From positions 97,712,001-97,776,000 of the forward strand of contig NC_042997.1 in NCBI RefSeq assembly GCF_006345805.1: DNA of 64,000 nt. The letters run 5' to 3'. The translations under genes were made by a program, and so were the position numbers. This DNA is from Octopus sinensis. Its lineage: Eukaryota. The notes below the pieces were generated by a model. That model was not told the origin of the DNA. It did not search any database and saw nothing but the letters and a program-made list of their open reading frames with translations. Of this stretch, positions 36,498 to 48,654 are shown piece after piece. Position 1 is the first letter of the stretch. Each line of letters starts with the position of its first letter.

Positions 36498-38182
36498 GGT
36501 TTATGGTTGTTCAGTTGCATTGTTGGATTTGTTTGGTACACACGTGCTTTTTTTTGTTTGTTTTTTTTTTGGCTGTCCTGGTGGAACGACATTTTGCCTC
36601 TTATGTGATGGAGGGGCGTCGAGCAAGAAGTTGGGGGAAGTTGAAGTATTCTTTCCTCGAATGTGATTCGTCTGAGGAGGAATTAGTTGAATACTTAACC
36701 AAGATGGACAAGGAAATGGGGAAGAGGAATTATGCAGCGGCGGCTTGAGAAAAAAATGAAGAAATCAATCTGGAAGCATTGAGTGAGTTCAAGGAAATAC
36801 TTGAAAGGAAGGGGAACGATATGAAGGTGTTCCCCCCACAAAAATATTAAAGGACAAAGAAGAAAGGACGATTGTCTATAGAATCTACGCCACAGCAACA
36901 AGGAAAATTGAAGGAGTGTCGGAGGCACAGGTGGAAAAGGCATTGAGGTTAGTCTGGCAGGAGATAGCATACCTTGGCAGGGGACGAAAATATGGAACGG
37001 TGGAGGTGCAGTTTAACGAGATAGCAACTGCCAGACTGTACTCGGCCACACCGCTGAAGACAGACAAGGTGGTGCTTCTACCCGTGTACCATGGGAGACG
37101 TACTTCCAGGGTTCGGGTGGACGACATACCACCAGAAGTGAATGTGGCTTGGCTGGTGGCTGCCACACTGCTGGGTATGGAGGAGAAGGTAGTGATCCTG
37201 CAGGCCACCAGAACGCCCCAAATGAATTGGAGAGGACAAACCCTTGAAGTGATGGTACAGGTCGCGAAGGAAGACCTGGAAAAGATGGTGGAAAATATCT
37301 TAGTGGGTGAAACAACTTTGAAAGATTGGAGGGAAGAATTCCGCGATGTTATAAGTGTGGCCTGAAGGGCCACATTAGAGCGGAATGTCCTTCACCAAAG
37401 GAAAAGGCTGGGGAGAGTGAAAGATTGGTAAGTGCTCCACAGCCTGTGGAGGAAAATGACATGACCATCGAAGAAGAAGAGGCAAATGACAGCTGGGAGA
37501 TAGCAGAGAAGAAAAGAAAAAGAAGAAAGAGGACACATGTGGTAAAGAATGACCCACAACCCACACCCACCCGGCCACCACCCCCACCTACTCTCTACAG
37601 ACACCAACCCAGTCTGACAAAAAAAAAAAACAACTGCAAACACATAGGAGCCTCAAAGTTACCCACCCCGCCCTGTAAGGAAAATATGTTTTGATGTATA
37701 ATGGACAGAATAAGGAACTGGATAACGAGGTAAATTCGTGGGACGGAATAGTCAAGGTGGATATAGCAGGTGTAAGGGGTCTGCCCAAGAACGATATTTG
37801 TGTTCTGACGGACCTGGTTAACCTGTGGAAAATGCATGAGTATATGGAAAACTATGACTGTGAGTGGTGATACAAAAAAATTGACACCAGCACAATGCCG
37901 GAAAGAATAAGGTATATGGACATTTTAAAGAATATAATATAGACATTTTGAAAAAAGATATGGATTAATTGCAAAATGTAAATAATTGTATTCTAAAGTT
38001 GGTTGCAATTGGAAATTCAAATGGTGTTGCAAGGGGTTCAATGAAGTCGCCCAGAGGTGGGGCCGAAAGACATTATTTCATCTTTTATTATATAATTTCC
38101 TTCATTCCATTCGTTTTTTTTTTGTCCCCACCTTCTGCTGTCCCCTCTGTGTAGGGCCTTTATGGCAAATTTTCATGAAATA
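36498..38182 (+). mobile_element. ORF1-only non-LTR retroposon (HAL1/Tx1-like)
   Basis: TSD AAGAAGCTTGCTT at 36483-36495 and 38183-38195; 3' end ..CATGAAATAAA; single gag-like ORF, no RT or endonuclease. Confidence 0.8.
36608..37870 (+). pseudogene. ORF1/gag-like zinc-knuckle protein, frameshifted
   Basis: RIPRCYKCGLKGHIRAECP (CX2CX4HX4C) preceded by YHGRRTSRVRVDDIPPEV and followed by W..A.KKRKRRKR; pieces in several frames. Confidence 0.75.
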
Positions 38183-38894
38183 AAGAAGCTTGCTTTCTAA
38201 TCACATGGTTCCGTGTTCAGTCCCACTGCGTGGCATCCTCGGGCCGCCCAAAGCCTTGTGAGTGGATTTGATAGACGGAAACTGAAAGAAGACCGTCGCG
38301 TGTGTGTGTTTCCAGCCACCGTTTGAAAACCAGTATTCGTTTGTTTACGTCTCCATTAGCTAGCGGCTTGACAAAAGAGGCCGATAGAGTAAGTAACAGG
38401 TTAAAAAAAAACAAAAAACAAATACTGCGATCGATTCATTCGACTAAAATATTTTCAAGGTGGTGCTGCAGCATGGCTGTAGTCTAATGACTGAAACAAT
38501 CAATAGGAGAGTGGAGAAAATATTTAGCGCCTTACATTCTGAGTTCAAATTTCGACGGGGTCGACTTCGTCTTTTACTCTTTCGGGATTGACAAAATAAA
38601 TACCAGCTGAGTACTGAAGTCGATGTAATCGACTGTCACTCTCCCCACAAAATTTCAGGCCTCGTGCCAATAATAGAAAGACTAGTTAGCTATAGCTTTA
38701 TCAGATAGCATTGTAAGTTTCTCTATTACAGGTTTCGTTCTCACGTGACTACTTCACGTCAAATGAGCATGATTTACACTTGAACTGTCTCTTTAGTCAC
38801 ACCCAGAGAGCTTCAACATTTTCTATGCTTACCTAAGTAACATGGTTCAGAGAGTCGCAATAATGATTTATAGTACAGTTCTATGGATGTAACC

Positions 38895-39124
38895 TATTTC
38901 TTTACTACCCACAAGGGGCTAAACACAGAGAGGACAAACAAGGACAGACAAACGGATTAAGTCGATTATATCGACCCCAGTACGTAACTGGTACTTATTT
39001 AATCGACCCCGAAAGGATGAAAGGCAAAGTCGACCTCGGCGGAATTTGAACTCAGAACGTAACGGCAGACGAAATACGGCTACGCATTTCGCCCGGCGTG
39101 CTAACATTTCTGCCAGTTCGCCAC
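38895..39124 (-). mobile_element. SINE family B
   Basis: Reverse complement of 4705-4923. Confidence 0.9.
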
Positions 39125-40167
39125 CTAGTTCTATGGAAATAACTAACGTTAGATCATTATAGCTTCGCCACACATCGATAAACACGACTGATTCAAGTTC
39201 AATAATCACATCTTCTAAAGTCACTTGAATGCAATAGGTATGTGTTGAAGCCATCCCTTTTTTGTTGGTCCTGTCATAAATTTCAACGACCAAAGATTTT
39301 TGTAAGATTTTTGTGAAACAAATTTCACGACAGTATCACTACCAGTAAGTTACTGCTTTAGTACCAATGCTATTCTTTGACACATATAACAAACACATCA
39401 CTAGGGCTTCGCGTACAAATTCTTTTTAAGATACGACATAGGTTGTTAATTTACATTTTTCAATGAACGTGTTGCTTTTGCACAGCATTCTGTATATATG
39501 GATATACTATCGAAAGCAACAAAACTCCAGTATTCGTCTTGAGAAAGCTTCTCGTTTAGATATATAGAGCTAAAAAGCACAAAAGTGAATCAGTAACAGA
39601 TGATAATATATCACATTAAATAAAACATACAGAGAGTGGCTATTCTGAACCAATACTGTTTCCATCACTAGTAACGAATGTCTTCTTAAATTTTGAGCAT
39701 ATCCAAATACCATCATCGAGATTGTTGCAGTGACATGATTATGCACAAAACTTGCCATTAACAACAATAGGGTTCAGTTGTAAAAACTACACAAGAGCAT
39801 TAAGGCAGCGGTGTCCAAGGATGCTCAGCACCTAGAAACACAGACTTTTGACGCTTTCTCCTTAGCGGGCATTATAGAGCAGATACGCACGAGTCCGTGA
39901 TGTTGCAGTGTATAACAAAGTCAAAAAGACCGTGGATTCGCTTCTTGAATTAGGCAACGCATTGTATGTACTCTTCATTTTATGTCGCTCCTATTTGCTC
40001 AGCTGAAATGGGTACCTGTCATCCCTTCAGCTGTCCACTGGATGGAGGATAGGCAGGTCGAGAGAGTGTTCTTGTCGCTTTGCGACTACGTAGGTACCTA
40101 AAACATTTAGCAAAAGAATGGAGAGCATATTATCAAGTTATACTTGCTTGCGGAGGAACAGCTACTG

Positions 40168-40457
40168 GTACTCCGTCAGTTACGAATACCAGAGTTCCAG
40201 TTGATCCGGTCAACGGAACAGCTTGCTCGTGAAATTAACATGCAAGTGGCTGAGCACTCCACAGGGAAGTGTCTACCCTTAAAGTAGTTCTCAGGGAGAA
40301 GCAGCGTGATACCGAATGCGACTAGGCTGGCCCTTTGAAATACAGTTACTACTCATTTTTACCAGCTGAGTGGACTGGTGCAACGTGAAATAAAGTATCT
40401 TACTCAAGGCCACAACGCGTCCCTGGGAATCAAACCCTAACCACTAAGCCACGCCCC
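40168..40457 (-). mobile_element. SINE family C, tail type 1
   Basis: Reverse complement of 23424-23755, with a deletion in the head. Confidence 0.85.
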
Positions 40458-40464
40458 TACACAG

Positions 40465-40511
40465 AAAATATGGAATGTTTCACGAATTTGCGTGTCATCT
40501 TTGTATAGAGC
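40465..40511 (-). pseudogene. U6: U6 snRNA 3'-half fragment
   Basis: Minus strand GCTCTATACAAAGATGACACGCAAATTCGTGAAACATTCCATATTTT versus U6 ..CCTGCGCAAGGATGACACGCAAATTCGTGAAGCGTTCCATATTTT; the 5' half is absent. Confidence 0.88.
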
Positions 40512-41212
40512 AAAAGGAATATTGCGCATGATACCTGCGCCTAAGGCGTCATACATCTCCCTCCTCTCTTGCTGTGCCTTTGGTGTTTGGTGCTGAATTG
40601 TTCAATATTTTCATTCAGTGTAGCCATTTTGAATAGTCACAAAACAATTGAGACTATTAAACAACAGATACTGGTTTTTAAAAAAATCCAATACTTCCCT
40701 CTAAAACTTTGAATATGGTATTTAAAAGAAAAACTCAAAGACTTTTTTTAAAGTATATAAAAAAAGTTAAACGGTAGTCATAATTCAACATCCGAAACTG
40801 CCTAATACAAACTGAACTACTTTCATTAACCTTCTTCTTTCAGTAAACTATTTTACAATATTTAACGGGGTACTTCATTCACTTTTCGTAGATTAAATCA
40901 AGTCAGAATAATAATGACTTGAATGAACTATGTGGCAGACAACTGAAAATAAAGAATTAAAATTAAGCATCACTGCTCTTAGATACTATTGCTCGTCACA
41001 TGTTAACATCATAGTCAGTCAGCCAGTCACCTATTTCTTTCTCATTGCAACAAAACTCCAACATCTCGGCTTTTCTCTTTCTAATAAGCTTATACTTTCA
41101 CATTAATTTTTTTTCTCCTTTTTATATACTTTCCTCTTCCCACTCCTTTCGTGACAGCCTGTCTCCTGCTTCTTTATACCTTTCTCTGCTGCTTTTACTT
41201 TCTCTTCACTTA

Positions 41213-41252
<40 letters not shown>

Positions 41253-41729
41253 TTCTCAGTCTGCATTTCCATTTCTTTCTTTCATACATTCTCTCACTGC
41301 CACGTTTCTCATTGCAGTTTCTTTTCCTTTCTTATCTCGTTTTTTTTTTAACTTCTTTCACTCTATTTTCAATTTTCTTTTCTCTCATTCAACATTTTTC
41401 TTTAGTCCTTTCCCGCACTCATTTCTATATCTATTACTTTCTCCTCTGACTTTCTCTCCCTGCATTTAATAAAAAGAAAAACAATCCGGTTCACTGCCAC
41501 TCTCTCACGCTCCTTTTTCTCTCTCTGTCTCATTGTAGTCTTTCTCGTTTACTTACTCCCCCCTTCCCTCCTCTCTCGATTTTTACTCGACGTTTTTCTT
41601 TTTCTTTTCCCCCTTTCTCTTCTTTATTCATTTTTGTCTTTCGTTCACGTCCTTCGTATATCAAATAAATAGACAGAAAAATAGAGAGCCTTAAAGGCCG
41701 ATTTTCGTGCATTGCACTTTTCAAAAATA

Positions 41730-41808
<79 letters not shown>

Positions 41809-41862
41809 CTAGGATCTTATATCCTATATCTTAGATCCTATATCTACATACATACATACATA

Positions 41863-41912
<50 letters not shown>

Positions 41913-42811
41913 TATAAATCCTTAAAGATGTTTTAGCCCGAAGGCCGCGGCTATGCTGGGGCACCACCGCTGTATATATATATATATATATATAATATTC
42001 ATGCTCCGTTATTCTTGGGGATTTATGCTCCTTTTTTCCTTTCTCACTCACGTCTATCTATTTATAATATCCTTTCTCTCACTATTTCTCTTACCTTCGC
42101 TCATTTCCTCCCTCACTCTTTTTCTGTCTTTCTTACCACAAACTACGTACGCAAGCCATTTTCTCATATACAACAATATTGCACCTACACACAAATGTGT
42201 CTCACATTAGATGATGCCATTGTCATTACCAACATTACCACCACCATTACTATCAGTACTAATACTACAACCGCCACCATCATAACTCCTACTACTACCA
42301 CTACTACTAGTAGCCCCCAACAACTATCACTACCACACCTACTTCTACTACTACTACTACCACTACCACCATCATCACAATTATTACTACCTCCACCACT
42401 ATCATCATTATGTTAATAAATGTTGGCTCGTTTCAACTGTTGCTGTCACCTGAGCCAACCAACCCCACGTGTTTTTTTCTCTGATTCTCTTTTTTTTCCT
42501 CTCTTCTCCCTCCTTTCCATCTCGTTAAAAGAAGCTTAGGATATTCCTGTTCAGATTTTTTTTCCACGTCGTTCGTCTCAATGTTTTACATTTAATCGTA
42601 AGTTAAAGCTTTTTTTTTTTTACATAAGAAAAGAAAAAAGTAATTTATTAATTGTATCCAATATACATTATATATGTATTACTATTTAAAACACTCGTTT
42701 ACATAACTCTTCAAATCTTGTTTGTCTGCTATTCCCCCGTCTCTTAATTTAATGTTTTTCATCAGCTTTATTTAAGGGGAACAAGATATAAGGATGTTGT
42801 GTGTGCGTATA

Positions 42812-42850
<39 letters not shown>

Positions 42851-44049
42851 CAGTTGTTTGGCTGGCATTCATGCCTTTCTCGGGAAAACAATGACAAAAG
42901 TAAAATGAAATTACATTAGATATTTTCAAGTTTATTTCTTTACATTAAACCGTTATTTTTAGCAACTTACAGAAAATATAAAAGGGGCCTTTTTATATTT
43001 TCTCTCATTCCTCTTCCATCATATCGATTTTTTTTTTGTTGTGATACTTTTTCTCCGTTTACAATATCCATTCTATTGATTAAACGAAGAAAATTATTGT
43101 TACGGGAATATATTTCATTTAGAGATTGTATAATAATAATAATTGGAATAACATTATTAATTATTGTAAGTCCTTTTTTTATTTATTACTTCTGAAAAGT
43201 CTAAAATGTTAATGGTTGAACGTGTCTTTCAATGATTTATTTTCTCGTTTTTTCTTTTGCTATTTTCAAGAATGATAATGCTGTCATTTCTGTTATAATG
43301 AATTATTACTTAAGTCTGAATATGAATAAAATCCTTTTGATATTGATAACCATCATTAAATTTGGAAAACCGTTGACATAATTTGTTTCGAGGGTCTCTT
43401 TTTAATCTCGTGTCACTTGCACTCCATTAGTCCGATCCTAACGGAATCGGGACTCTTCTGCTGTTCGAAAGAAAACAGGTGTCACGGAGAGGAAATTATG
43501 AGTGATGCTTTTGGATTTGGAAACGAAGAAATGCCGTAATAATTCATTACTTGGCAACTGTCCAGCTACAATGGACTTTTCATATCGCAAAAAGAAGCAA
43601 GTATTGACAAGCTATGATGCTAAAATTTACCCACTTCGACATATTTATTTCAAGCAATGTAACAAGAAAGAAACTGTGACATTATGTAATACTTTTCGTG
43701 TCCTTTTTTTTTTCACCACGCTTTTTTCCAAGCAGAACATTACATCGATATTAGGGTTTAATTCGTGTGACGCCGCTTCTCGCTTGCAATATCTTCATAT
43801 TCGCGAAGGAAAAAAAAATCCCACAAAACCTGAAAATTCTGAGTGAATTTAATTGTTGCTATTGCTAAGATTCAAAGAGCCAGTCTTCGGCAACGCGAAA
43901 GTACCATTATTAGTCCGTCCCACCCACCGAATAAAAGGCTATCGAGAAGGAAATAAATACTAAGATAACTTAGATATTTTACTTTCATGATTCGCAGCAT
44001 GTACCCAATTAGTGATCCCCCCCTCTCTCTCTCTACACACACACATATA

Positions 44050-44084
<35 letters not shown>

Positions 44085-45270
44085 TTGTATTAGATTTCTT
44101 TATTAAATAATTGCAAGGTTTTGCACTTGTGCGTGTGTGCGAGCGTATAAAAAAAATACGATTGAATGTTTCACTAATGTTGAAAGCCAATAATTGTCTT
44201 TCTCTATTTCATGAGAATGCATATTGCGTAGCGGCTAAGTGGAATTTTTTTTTTCGTTTTAAATACAAAACAAACGCGTTCTCTTCCAGTGTATATATAT
44301 ATATATATACACAAACACTAGTGCAGTTAATTATGTGGTAATTTTCTGTAAATTTAATTAACCGCGCTAGACAGTTAATATTTATACTACATCTGTACAG
44401 AATTTTAATATTCCGAAGTGAATATAAAATGCCCCTTTCTCTCTCTTTCTTTCTCTCTTATCTCAGTAGTTACGTTATCTATAATCGATTTCAATCCGGT
44501 AATTGTTATTAGTATTTACACAATTCTATTGCTAATATTTAATTGTATAAACCGCACTCCATGCTAAGTTACTTCCACGAACCGAATTGCCGGCATGGAA
44601 TAAAGGTATTCCTTAAACCATTTTTAACTTGTAAATTCTGATGCGTCATACCCATTATCTATATTGTTAGAAACTATATAATTATTCAAGATGCGTTGTC
44701 GTGTTGTGTTTGATTACTAGGTAGACAACCACCAGTCTACCTAATTTTATATCTAATTCCGTATTTCGTTTTTTCAGAGTTCATTTCGTGATGTGGGGAA
44801 ATATGTATTGTGATACAAAAAAAAAAGTCTATTGCATCGTAATCTTTACAAATTATCCCTTAAATTATCATTTTACTTCTAAAGTTGTGTTCGTATTTAA
44901 TTTTAACATTTATTGAAAGGTAGTGTTATAATAATGCATTTGTTAGATTCGAGTTTAGCCGGTTTCTATTCGTAATGTTATCTACGTTTGTATTACCTAT
45001 CCCTCCTTGGGAACTTCATAAATACGTAATTAGCTTATATATTACTTCAGATATTTCAAACAGGACTTTTATGTCATGAAGAAGAAAAGATTAACGTTTT
45101 AGATATTTACCTATTCAAGGCAGATTGAAAGATCCTTATTTATCCCTTAGGCCACGCATAATTTTGCTACCTTGGACCTTTAAATTTTCTCTATCCGAAG
45201 AACACGCATCCGAACGTGAAACTTCTCGCGGCATGAAATATATTCCACTATTTGCACTATAATACAGATA

Positions 45271-46436
45271 GGCATAACTACAGAGTCCTGCCCCCACCCG
45301 ACTTTGGATGATCATAACTTTAAGAAAAATGGATATTTTTTAATGAAATTTTCTACGAATATGTGTTATATCCCGTAGATTCCGAATACACAAAACTTAT
45401 GGGGTAAAATGTTTTAGGAGGGGGTGGGGTGGGGGATTTCGGAAAATTCACCGGCGTCCATTTCAATTCGTCTTAACTTTCAAGAAAATTGATATTTTTT
45501 AATGAAATTTTCTACAAATATACTTCGGACTGTGTAGATTCCGAGAACATAGGAATTTGGGGTGTTACTTTAGAGGACCGTTCCCCACTTGGGGTTGTTT
45601 CGGAGCAAGTCGTCCATATTTGTCTCATTTTCTCCGTTTTGTGCGTTTGTGCATCCGTAGATTTCTAATCTCCCCCCCCTCTGTCTCATACACACATGTA
45701 ATTTAAAAAAGTTCAAACGGGGAATTATTTTACTTAACCCTTTCGTGACCAAACTGGCTGTGAGTCTGAGTACAAATGTCTCGTTATAAGTTTTGAATTA
45801 AAATTTTCCACCAAATCTTAGTCACAATTTATGTTCCTAACACTAGCTTAATGATAACTAAGTTAATTTACTAAGTTATATGTAAAGTAATTGAAAGAAA
45901 TACAGAGCATCCTAATAAATACAGTGAGGAAAGGGTTAATGTCTTTCTGTTAGACACGTTCAGACCTTTAGGTAGTATTTTTAGCATGAGTTTTCTGGTG
46001 ACAGCTTCATTGCCTGCTGCTTCAGTAGAAATCTACGGATGCACAAAACGGAGAAAAGGAAACAAATATGGACGACTTTTTCCGAAACACCCCCGAGTGG
46101 GGAACGGTCCTCAAAAGTAACCCCCAATTGTTTCCCCCCAAAATTTCTGATCTCGGAATCTACATAGTCCGAAGTATATTTGTAGAAAATTTCATTAAAA
46201 AATATATATTTTCTTGAAAGTTAAGACGAATTGAAGTGGACGCCGGTGAATTTTCCGAAATTCTCCACCTCACCCACCTCCTAAAACATTCCACCCCCTC
46301 CCCAAAGTTTTGTGTATTCGGAATCTACATGATATAACACATATTCGTAGAAAATCTCATTAAAAAATAGCCATTTTTCTGAAAGTTATGATCATCCAAA
46401 GTCGGCGGTGGGGGTGGGTAGGAATCTAGTTATGCC
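45271..46436. mobile_element. Foldback element with ~395-bp TIRs, TA flanks
   Basis: 45271-45665 matches the reverse complement of ~46027-46436; ends TA|GGCATAACTA..TAGTTATGCC|TA; each arm has an internal duplicated subunit. Confidence 0.9.
45738..45935. mobile_element. piggyBac-type MITE nested in the foldback
   Basis: TTAA|CCCTTTC..GAAAGGG|TTAA. Confidence 0.85.
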
Positions 46437-46639
46437 TAGATATAATGGTTTCTCAGATATTTATGAAGCCCCTACCTCGTAAATATAAGTGAAATAAATT
46501 ACGAACAAAAAGTGAGGCTGACAAGATTAGTATCTTATAACAGATGCACTTTACCATTGCTTTTCGAGAAATACATTGAATTATTTATTTATATTACATT
46601 TTGCCGACGCAATATATAGTTATATCGGTTTCGATTTTC

Positions 46640-46960
46640 TTCTAAGGGTGGAGCCATTTCTTTTCTGATGATCACATCATCAGCTGAATGATTTTTTTCC
46701 CGGTTTTTAACTTTTCGCTTCCGTTTGTGTTAGCGTTTTCTTAAATATTAAGACGAGAATCTATCTACCCTTTATGAATGCGTCTTTTAAGAAGTCCTTA
46801 AAAGCAGCTTACCAAGAATTTTAGGGAAGCAGGAGAGGTCTGAAGGCGCAGTGTGCATGCGTGCGCGCGTTACCGTTTAAAACCTCAAACTATTTTAGTG
46901 AGTGTCGTAATCGGTTATGGTTGACGTATTAGTAGTTATGCCTTATGCGGCTTTGGTTTA
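46640..46960. promoter_or_regulatory. Candidate CpG-retaining promoter
   Basis: NRF1-like GCGCAGTGTGCATGCGTGCGCGCG (46846-46869), ETS-like CTTCCG, YY1-like GCCATTT; lies at the border of the CpG-depleted domain. Confidence 0.45.
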
Positions 46961-47034
46961 GATCTGTGATTTCAGTCTTCAAATTCAATCTATTAAAGTT
47001 CTTAAGCTCATTTTTTTCGTTAGTGGTCTCTTAA

Positions 47035-47266
47035 CCCTTTGCCTAGCCAAAGCATTTTCATAAGTTTGTTCTAAACGGCCATGCTTGTTTTCAGACTTGA
47101 GTTATCGCTCTGTTTCGTATGTTCTAAATAATATAAAGCCTTCCTTTCGTAACTCTCAAGTTACTCCGGTGATTAAAAAAACTGGGATTGCGTGTTGTGT
47201 ATGATGCATGGATGCCAAGGAAACGTGTCCCGCATATCACATGTGATACACGGGACAGGGAAAGGG
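47035..47266. mobile_element. piggyBac-type MITE
   Basis: TTAA|CCCTTT..AAAGGG|TTAA; subterminal palindrome GTCCCGCATATCACATGTGATACACGGGAC. Confidence 0.85.
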
Positions 47267-47920
47267 TTAAGAATCGATACATACAAATGGACATTTGTAC
47301 GAGTACTTTAATATTCAGTCCTTTCATCTTTAAATAAGTAAATGTATTTCTATATAGACCATCTCCGAGTGATATGCCTTTATTCTTTTCAGTCACTGAA
47401 CAGTAGCCATAATGCGGTGCCGATCGAACTCACTCACCATCGATCTTATTTATCGATTCCGAGTAACGGACAGTTGTACGGTGATAAGGTGTAGAAAAGC
47501 TTTGAAAGAAAGAATAAAAAAAACAAACAAAAAAACCCCCAAAACTCACCAAGCTCGTGTTGTTCAATTACAGGTTTTCAAAAGTACACAAAACTTAGAT
47601 AATTTTTGAAACTATATCAGTGGTTGAATTTTATGCATTGAAAAATGTCAGAAAAGTGTTAACAACGAAAGTAGTCAATAATGACAGTATTATGTCCCTT
47701 TGTATATTTCTAAGTCTGTCAGTTGAAGTAAATTAAAAAGAATCACTACGCGTGAAATCTTAAGATCAGCCTTTATTTTTTATAAATCTCGGGTTTCACT
47801 TCATTCTTGGCATACTGATTCGGCCTCCCAGTTTTTAATGTATTATTTGATAGCATTCCTAAATTTTAGGAATGTCATAATTTTTATCTCTCTATACATA
47901 AAAATTCCTGTTACCTAATA

Positions 47921-48458
47921 CGAGGGTGGGCTGAAAATTTCATAGGCTGACTATGAAAAAATAATGCTCGAGCTGTGAAATCTTGCACACATTCATTTCA
48001 ACTCTTAACTGCATTGTTTCTTTCCAGGTAAACTGATATCTGACTGTCCAAAGAAGACTTCAGAAGTAACTAGTAGTGACTTTAGACCATTGACAAAATT
48101 TGGCATTGCGGTGTTACCAAATACCCGCAGAAAAAGGGTTTAGCTCCCAACTACATTCATGCTGACATGGTTGCTACATTAGGGGATGACACTCCAGCTT
48201 TATCAACAGTGCAAAAGTGGGCAGCTGAATTGAGGAGGGAAAGGGAGTTCTTGAAGAGGACTCAAGACCTGGATGGTTTGCCACTGCTGAGGAAAACATT
48301 GATCAGGTTCACCGCATGGTAATGAATGACAGGTGGTTGACTACAAATCAAATATTTAATACTATTTGCATATCCCATGAGTCGAGAATATTCTACATAA
48401 TGAATTTGGCATGATGATGGTTTCTGCTCAGTGGGTGCCACATCTTCTGACAACTGAT
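47921..48458 (+). mobile_element. Mariner 5' half, decayed
   Basis: TA|CGAGGGTGGGCTGAAAA left end; TVQKWAAE and QWVPHLLT motifs. Confidence 0.8.
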
Positions 48459-48654
48459 TAATTTATATAGATGTTCATCTCAACTGTTTTCTGGAGTGCT
48501 AGACTGAATATTGTTTCTGTCCACTAAAAGTGTAGAAACATCTTTACACCAATTGAGAACCTCAGTTTGAGTAGATTAACATGAAAATATTTTGCAGATA
48601 GCTAATTTCTGTGGGAGGAGTTTACATATCTAAGCATATAAATGCTAAGAGGAA

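Larger units (their letters stand above)
36466..38500 (+). mobile_element. SINE family A split by a 1.7-kb insertion (36466-36497 + 38183-38500)
   Basis: The head stops at ..GTAAGAAGCTTGCTTCC and resumes at AAGAAGCTTGCTTTCTAATCACATGGTTCC. Confidence 0.85.

Noticed and set aside
40465-40560. Functional U6 gene
   Set aside because: The 5' half including ACAGAGA is missing and the remainder has several substitutions.
43502-43846. 114-aa ORF in unique sequence
   Set aside because: No recognisable motif or convincing splice context; length compatible with chance.
44321-44366. Possible pre-miRNA hairpin
   Set aside because: Stem only ~13 bp, AT-rich and imperfect.
45372-45390. miR-100/miR-10-like CCCGTAGATTCCGAA
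   Set aside because: Part of the foldback TIR subrepeat; no local pre-miRNA hairpin.
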